A stretch of DNA of 64,000 bases from contig CAVTCS010000003.1 in the NCBI GenBank assembly GCA_963733295.1, positions 64,001 to 128,000 on the forward strand. Reading direction: 5' to 3'. A program made the position numbers and the translations under genes. This document shows positions 59,699-64,000 of the stretch, piece after piece. The notes beneath the pieces are model-generated. The model ran no database searches, was not told the DNA's origin, and saw nothing but the letters and a program-made list of their open reading frames with translations. The stretch comes from Vulcanimicrobiota bacterium (GTDB lineage Bacteria; Vulcanimicrobiota; Vulcanimicrobiia; Vulcanimicrobiales; Vulcanimicrobiaceae). Each line of letters opens with the position of its first letter. The stretch's first letter is position 1.

Positions 59699-61944
59699 CG
59701 CGCGACGCTCACCGGCACGCTGCTCGGGATCGGCACGGAGAACGAGAACGACGAGTACCGGCCGACCTCGGACTGAACGACGATCTCGCCGCCCAACTCG
59801 TCGATGACGGTGCTCTTTACGGCATATAGCCCGATGCCGCGGCCGGCGTCGCTGGTCACTTCGTCGGCGGTCGAGAAGCCCGGTTGGAAGAGCGCGCCGA
59901 GCGCCGTCTCGTCGGAGATCGACTCGGCTTCGCTCGCGGTCAGGATGCCGGCAGCCACCGCGCGGGCCTTGATGCGCCGCGGGTCGATGCCGCGCCCGTC
60001 GTCGTGGAAGAGGAAGCCGAAGGCGCTGGGGTCTGAGCCGATCTTCTGTATCAAGAGCGTGCCGTGCTTGGGCTTGCCCGACAGCGCGCGGTCGTCGGGC
60101 GACTCGATCCCGTGGACGACGGCGTTGCGCACGAGTTGGATCAAGACGTCGCGTACCGCCCGGCGTTGCGGCTCGGGTAGCCCGCGCAGATCGAATTCGT
60201 CGACTTCGATCGCAACTTGCTTGCCGTACTTGCGCGAGAGGTTTCCAGCCAGGTCCATGAGGTTGGCGAGCGTGTTGTCCTGCGAGCCGTTTCCGTTGCC
60301 GCGCATCGCACCGGCGAAGGCGAGCGTCGGCACGGTCCGGACGTTGGTGAGCTTGCGGCGGAGTTCGTCGAGCTCTTTGAGCTCGGTGCGCAGCGCCGAT
60401 TGCGCCAGCACGATGGCCAGGAAGTCGTCGCCGCCCAGAACCGGCTTGCGGCGCAACTCTTCGATGCGCGTCTCGGCCTCGTGCGCCTTGCGCTCGAAAA
60501 AGTCGAGCTTGAGCATCGAGGCGTTGCCCTTGATGATGTGGACGCAGCGATAGACGGTGTCGAGACGCGAGCGCAAGCGTACCTGCGCGCTCACGGTGTT
60601 CTCGACGCCGGCTGCGGCGAACTCTTCGGCCTTCATCGCGTCGTTCATGATGCGCAGGTTTTCGGCCGCGGTCTGAACGAATTCGTCGAGCCCGCGCGGG
60701 TCGATGTTCATGATGTCGAGCAGCATGCCGAACTGGCGTTCCTTGCGCTGCTCCGACTCGCGCAATTCGCGCTCGAGGCGGACGCGTTCGGTAACGTCGG
60801 AAACGGCTACGAACACCTGCGAGATCTCTTCGTTCTCGTCGTAGATGCGGCGGAACTCGATCGTCAAGAAGCGCGTGTCGTAACCGCCGGTCGTCGCGTT
60901 CGGGAAGTTGACCTCGACCTCTTCGAGCGGGTTGATACGCTGCAGGGTGCGTTCGCTCTTCTCCTCGTTAAAGAGCATGTCCATATAATCTTTGGCCGTC
61001 TTGAACGAGCGTTCGCTGACTAGCGTCCGGATGATGTCGAGGAAATTGCGTTCTCCCAGAACTCTGATGCGTAGAATCGATTCCAGCTCGTGCGAATACT
61101 GGGGCGATATGAAATACTGCCGGTCGAGCAAGAGCAAGCCCTGACGGACCGTGCCCATGATCATGTCGGTGCTCGACTTCGCTTCGGCCAAGCTGCGGGT
61201 CGTGTCGCCGAGATTGTCGACGACGACTTTGAGCTGATCGGAGAACGAGCGTGCCGCGCGGATTCTCACGAAGATGCTGAACAGAATGATGATGAAGCCG
61301 AGCAGTGCGAAAGCGGTCCACGTGGTCCGCGCGTTGGAGAGAGCCTGCGCCTCGCGGCGCGCGTCGCGGTTGAGTTGCAGAGCGAGGTCGTTCATCAGCA
61401 CCGCGAGTCCGTTGCCGTTACCGACGACGGCTTTGCTGATGCCGTTGATTTGCTTCGCCGTCAAGTCGGTTTGCCCGGCGCTCTGCTCGATGACGTCGTA
61501 GACGGGCTTCCAAATCGAGTTGGCGTCGCTGATGAATTCCTGTTCGCTCGCGTCGGCGAGGGGTGCGACCGCGACCGTTTCGCCGCTCGCCAGCTGAGTG
61601 TCGCCGCCGTGTTGGAGCGCTTGCAGCGTTTCGTTGAAAACTTCGGCGGAAGACGCGAGTTCCGCGTGCGGATCGAGGTACGGCTTTTGGTTGAGTTCGT
61701 CGTTGGCGATCAGCAAGGCGTTCTTGGCCAGGTTCTGGGCCAAGTCTCGCTCCTGATTGGCAAGACCGCTGTTCTGTGCGGCTTGGGCGGTAAAGCGTGC
61801 GATCGCGTTGTTGTAGTTTGCGACGGCGATCAGCGAGATGACCGCCAGCAGCAAGCCGGCGAAGAAGAGGGCATAGGCCAGCGTCCGGCCGCTGGTGCGA
61901 CGCGCGTTCGAAAGCCCGCTGCCGGCGAAGCTAGCCATCGCCAC
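59695..61944 (-). CDS. Membrane-bound CheA-like histidine kinase (periplasmic sensor, PAS-like, Hpt, HATPase; no CheW domain)
   Basis: Two TMs, VHIIKGNA (Hpt), LVRNAVVHGIE, DDGRGI, LFQPGFST, GRGIGL; ends directly after the ATPase domain. Confidence 0.85.
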   Translation of the reverse strand: MAMASFAGSGLSNARRTSGRTLAYALFFAGLLLAVISLIAVANYNNAIARFTAQAAQNSGLANQERDLAQNLAKNALLIANDELNQKPYLDPHAELASSAEVFNETLQALQHGGDTQLASGETVAVAPLADASEQEFISDANSIWKPVYDVIEQSAGQTDLTAKQINGISKAVVGNGNGLAVLMNDLALQLNRDARREAQALSNARTTWTAFALLGFIIILFSIFVRIRAARSFSDQLKVVVDNLGDTTRSLAEAKSSTDMIMGTVRQGLLLLDRQYFISPQYSHELESILRIRVLGERNFLDIIRTLVSERSFKTAKDYMDMLFNEEKSERTLQRINPLEEVEVNFPNATTGGYDTRFLTIEFRRIYDENEEISQVFVAVSDVTERVRLERELRESEQRKERQFGMLLDIMNIDPRGLDEFVQTAAENLRIMNDAMKAEEFAAAGVENTVSAQVRLRSRLDTVYRCVHIIKGNASMLKLDFFERKAHEAETRIEELRRKPVLGGDDFLAIVLAQSALRTELKELDELRRKLTNVRTVPTLAFAGAMRGNGNGSQDNTLANLMDLAGNLSRKYGKQVAIEVDEFDLRGLPEPQRRAVRDVLIQLVRNAVVHGIESPDDRALSGKPKHGTLLIQKIGSDPSAFGFLFHDDGRGIDPRRIKARAVAAGILTASEAESISDETALGALFQPGFSTADEVTSDAGRGIGLYAVKSTVIDELGGEIVVQSEVGRYSSFSFSVPIPSSVPVSVAR

Positions 61945-62116
61945 GGCGGACCGCGTCTTTCTTGGTGGAGCCCTCGGCAGCGCGCGCCAGCTGTTCGCCG
62001 AATGAAGTCTCGAACTGGTCGAAATAACGAAACAGGTTAAAGCCCACGAAAACGATCAGCGCGAGCATGAATACGACGAGGAACGCAGGGAAAAGTGTAT
62101 CGGCTCCTTGCAGCAC
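61931..62116 (-). CDS. Small single-TM protein upstream of the kinase
   Basis: GGAGA RBS; long hydrophobic helix; overlaps the kinase start. Confidence 0.55.
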   Translation of the reverse strand: MLQGADTLFPAFLVVFMLALIVFVGFNLFRYFDQFETSFGEQLARAAEGSTKKDAVRRGDG

Positions 62117-62388
62117 GTTCGTTATCTCCGTTCGCGCGGACTAAGAACCGTCGAAGGTCGCTGGCACATATCGTACATCGCCTTAGTTTTCCGGTACCGC
62201 CTTGGGACACCAAGAGGGCCGAAACGTCTTGTTCAACAGACGAAGGAATTTTTCCGTTCACGCAAGCGTTCGGAAACGCTGGTCGTAACAGGTCGACTGA
62301 ATCCGAGACATTCGCACGCCGCGGCGTTGTTGTAAAGTGTTCCGAGACACATCCCGAGGATGAGACTCGGGGCCCGGGGGGTGAAAGC

Positions 62389-62571
62389 GTGGCCAAGAAG
62401 GCTAAGTCCAAGGTAAAGGTCGTCCCGCGCATGGGGCCGCCGGTCAATCTCCGACCCGGCGGGGCGCACAAAGGAAAGCGCCGCAAGACTCGCGCCGAAG
62501 AAAAGAGGGTGGTCCTCATGGAAGATGTTCCTACCCCCGAAGCTTCAAGGCTCGAAGATGAGGGCCGATAG
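62389..62571 (+). CDS. Small basic hypothetical protein
   Basis: Lys/Arg-rich 60 aa (AKKAKSKVKVVPRMGPPVNLRPGGAHKGKRRK); GGGGGTG upstream. Confidence 0.45.
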   Translation: MAKKAKSKVKVVPRMGPPVNLRPGGAHKGKRRKTRAEEKRVVLMEDVPTPEASRLEDEGR

Positions 62572-62604
62572 TTCTAATAACACTCCGATCGAGGTAGTTT
62601 GGTC

Positions 62605-64000
62605 TTGACGCAGACGTCGGTTGGTGCGGCTTCCGAGACGCCGCCGGGCCGGCTCAGCCCGCTCGTGCTTGCAGCTCCGTTCGTCGGGGCTATCTTGGTT
62701 TTGGGTGCGGTCGGAATCTTAGCCTACTGGGCGTACCCGGTGCGCGGCACCGAGATCGCCGGCGCAGCGGCTGCCGGCGTACTCGGGGTCGCCCTGGCGT
62801 TTTGGGCCACCGCGTACCGGGAGCGCAAGGAGCGCGACCGCCTGCAGAACTACGCCGCCCAAGTCGAGCAGCAGAACGCCGGGCTCTGGCGTCAAGAGCG
62901 CGAGTTGGAGGCCGCGAAGGAAGAGTCGGACCTCGTCCTCGGACACGTCCGCGCCCACCTCATGCTCATCGACTCGTCCTTCTTGATCCAGAGCCGCTAC
63001 TCGTCCGAACTCGAGAATGTCTTCCGGCAGAGCGAGCTCGGCAACGAGAATTTCCTCAACGTGCTCCAGCGCTTGCTTTCGGAGCGCATGTTCAAGACAT
63101 CGCGCGATTATCTGACGCTGCTGTTCGACCCCACCAAGAAAGAGCGGACGATTCTCAAGATCAATCCGCTCGACGAAATCGAGGTCTCGGTCGAGAACCC
63201 TGACGGAACCGCAACGCTCAAGTATCTCAGCTTCGGTTTCCGGCGCATCGTTCAGAACGACGTCATCACGCGCTGCCTGATCACGGTCGAAGATGTAACC
63301 GATCGCGCCACGCGCGAACGTCAGTTGCGCGAGTCCGAGCAGCAGAAGGTCAAGCAGTTCGAGCTGCTCATCGGCATCATCCATGTGGATCCCGCGGCGC
63401 TCGACGGCTTCGTGACGACGACGCAGGATCAGCTGCGCGTGGTAGACGAGGCGCTGAAGGTTTCGGACTTCGCCTCGGCCACGATCGGACAGACCGCGCT
63501 CTTGCGCCAGCGGCTCGATACGGTCGCGCAGCGGGTGCACAACATCAAGGGTAACGCGACGCTGCTCGGCCTCGATCATTTCGAGCGAAAAGCAGCGGAG
63601 TTCGAGCAGCGGATCTTCGATCTCAAGAACCGGCCGGCGCTCGGCGGCGACGATTTTCTCGCCGTCGTCATCGGTCTGGCCGATTTCCGCTCCGATCTCG
63701 AAGACTTGCAGACCTTACGCGGTAAGCTCGCCGGCATTCAGCGCGTCGCGCGCATCCGTAAAGAAGGCGGCGACGATTTGGTCGCGAGCCTCAACCAGCT
63801 CGTGCGTCAGATGGGCGCCAAACTCGGCAAAGAGGTTCGCATCAACGCCGACGCCTTCGACACGCGCGCGCTGCCCCCCGAGCGGCGTCTGGTCGTCAAA
63901 GACGTCCTCATTCAGTTGACGCGAAACAGCTTGACGCACGGGGTTGAGGACCCCGCTGTTCGCGAAGCGGCGGGCAAGCCGCGCGTCGCGACGATCGACA
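62605..64000 (+). CDS. Second membrane-bound CheA-like kinase (paralogue of 59695-61944), truncated by window edge; not in ORF track
   Basis: GAGGT RBS + TTG; two TMs; INPLDEIEV, RQLRESEQQK..QFELL, VHNIKGNA, LGGDDFLAVV, LTRNSLTHGVE. Confidence 0.85.
   Translation, partial: MTQTSVGAASETPPGRLSPLVLAAPFVGAILVLGAVGILAYWAYPVRGTEIAGAAAAGVLGVALAFWATAYRERKERDRLQNYAAQVEQQNAGLWRQERELEAAKEESDLVLGHVRAHLMLIDSSFLIQSRYSSELENVFRQSELGNENFLNVLQRLLSERMFKTSRDYLTLLFDPTKKERTILKINPLDEIEVSVENPDGTATLKYLSFGFRRIVQNDVITRCLITVEDVTDRATRERQLRESEQQKVKQFELLIGIIHVDPAALDGFVTTTQDQLRVVDEALKVSDFASATIGQTALLRQRLDTVAQRVHNIKGNATLLGLDHFERKAAEFEQRIFDLKNRPALGGDDFLAVVIGLADFRSDLEDLQTLRGKLAGIQRVARIRKEGGDDLVASLNQLVRQMGAKLGKEVRINADAFDTRALPPERRLVVKDVLIQLTRNSLTHGVEDPAVREAAGKPRVATID

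Noticed and set aside
62116..62389. Possible riboswitch or sRNA between the divergent kinase units (short hairpins, TCCGAGACA repeated at ~62302 and 62341)
   Set aside because: No recognisable family consensus; too little evidence without comparative data.

Overview
High-GC bacterial chromosomal window. The gene repertoire looks like soil Vulcanimicrobiota/Ca. Eremiobacterota, which is an inference and not verified. No rRNA, tRNA or CRISPR array was recognised. The backbone carries housekeeping and metabolic genes: Lhr helicase, a glyoxylate/2-hydroxyacid cluster, a PaoABC-type molybdoenzyme, an ATP-dependent ligase, Kup, a WYL regulator with a VOC gene, a dioxygenase and an MFS transporter. 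Five regions stand out. (1) 13.3-17.6 kb: a Nif11-like 64-aa peptide, a putative peptide prenyltransferase, a 7TM-DISM adenylate cyclase and a stand-alone class II terpene-cyclase-like protein, forming a candidate terpenylated-RiPP signalling system. (2) 24.5-32.4 kb: an ~7.9 kb AT-richer insertion that splits a DUF1810 gene. It holds a terminase-like fragment, three decayed IS3-family elements (two with exact target-site duplications) and secreted-protein genes. (3) 52.9-55.8 kb: an unannotated 41-aa peptide gene upstream of a TPR-like helical protein whose 3' end recurs twice more around small membrane-protein genes. (4) 56.1-64 kb: CheY and CheX plus two paralogous membrane-bound CheA-like kinases; the complete one has no CheW domain and no MCP is in the window. 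(5) A possible ykkC-like riboswitch variant at ~23.5 kb. All product calls come from motif recognition by eye; no database searches were run.
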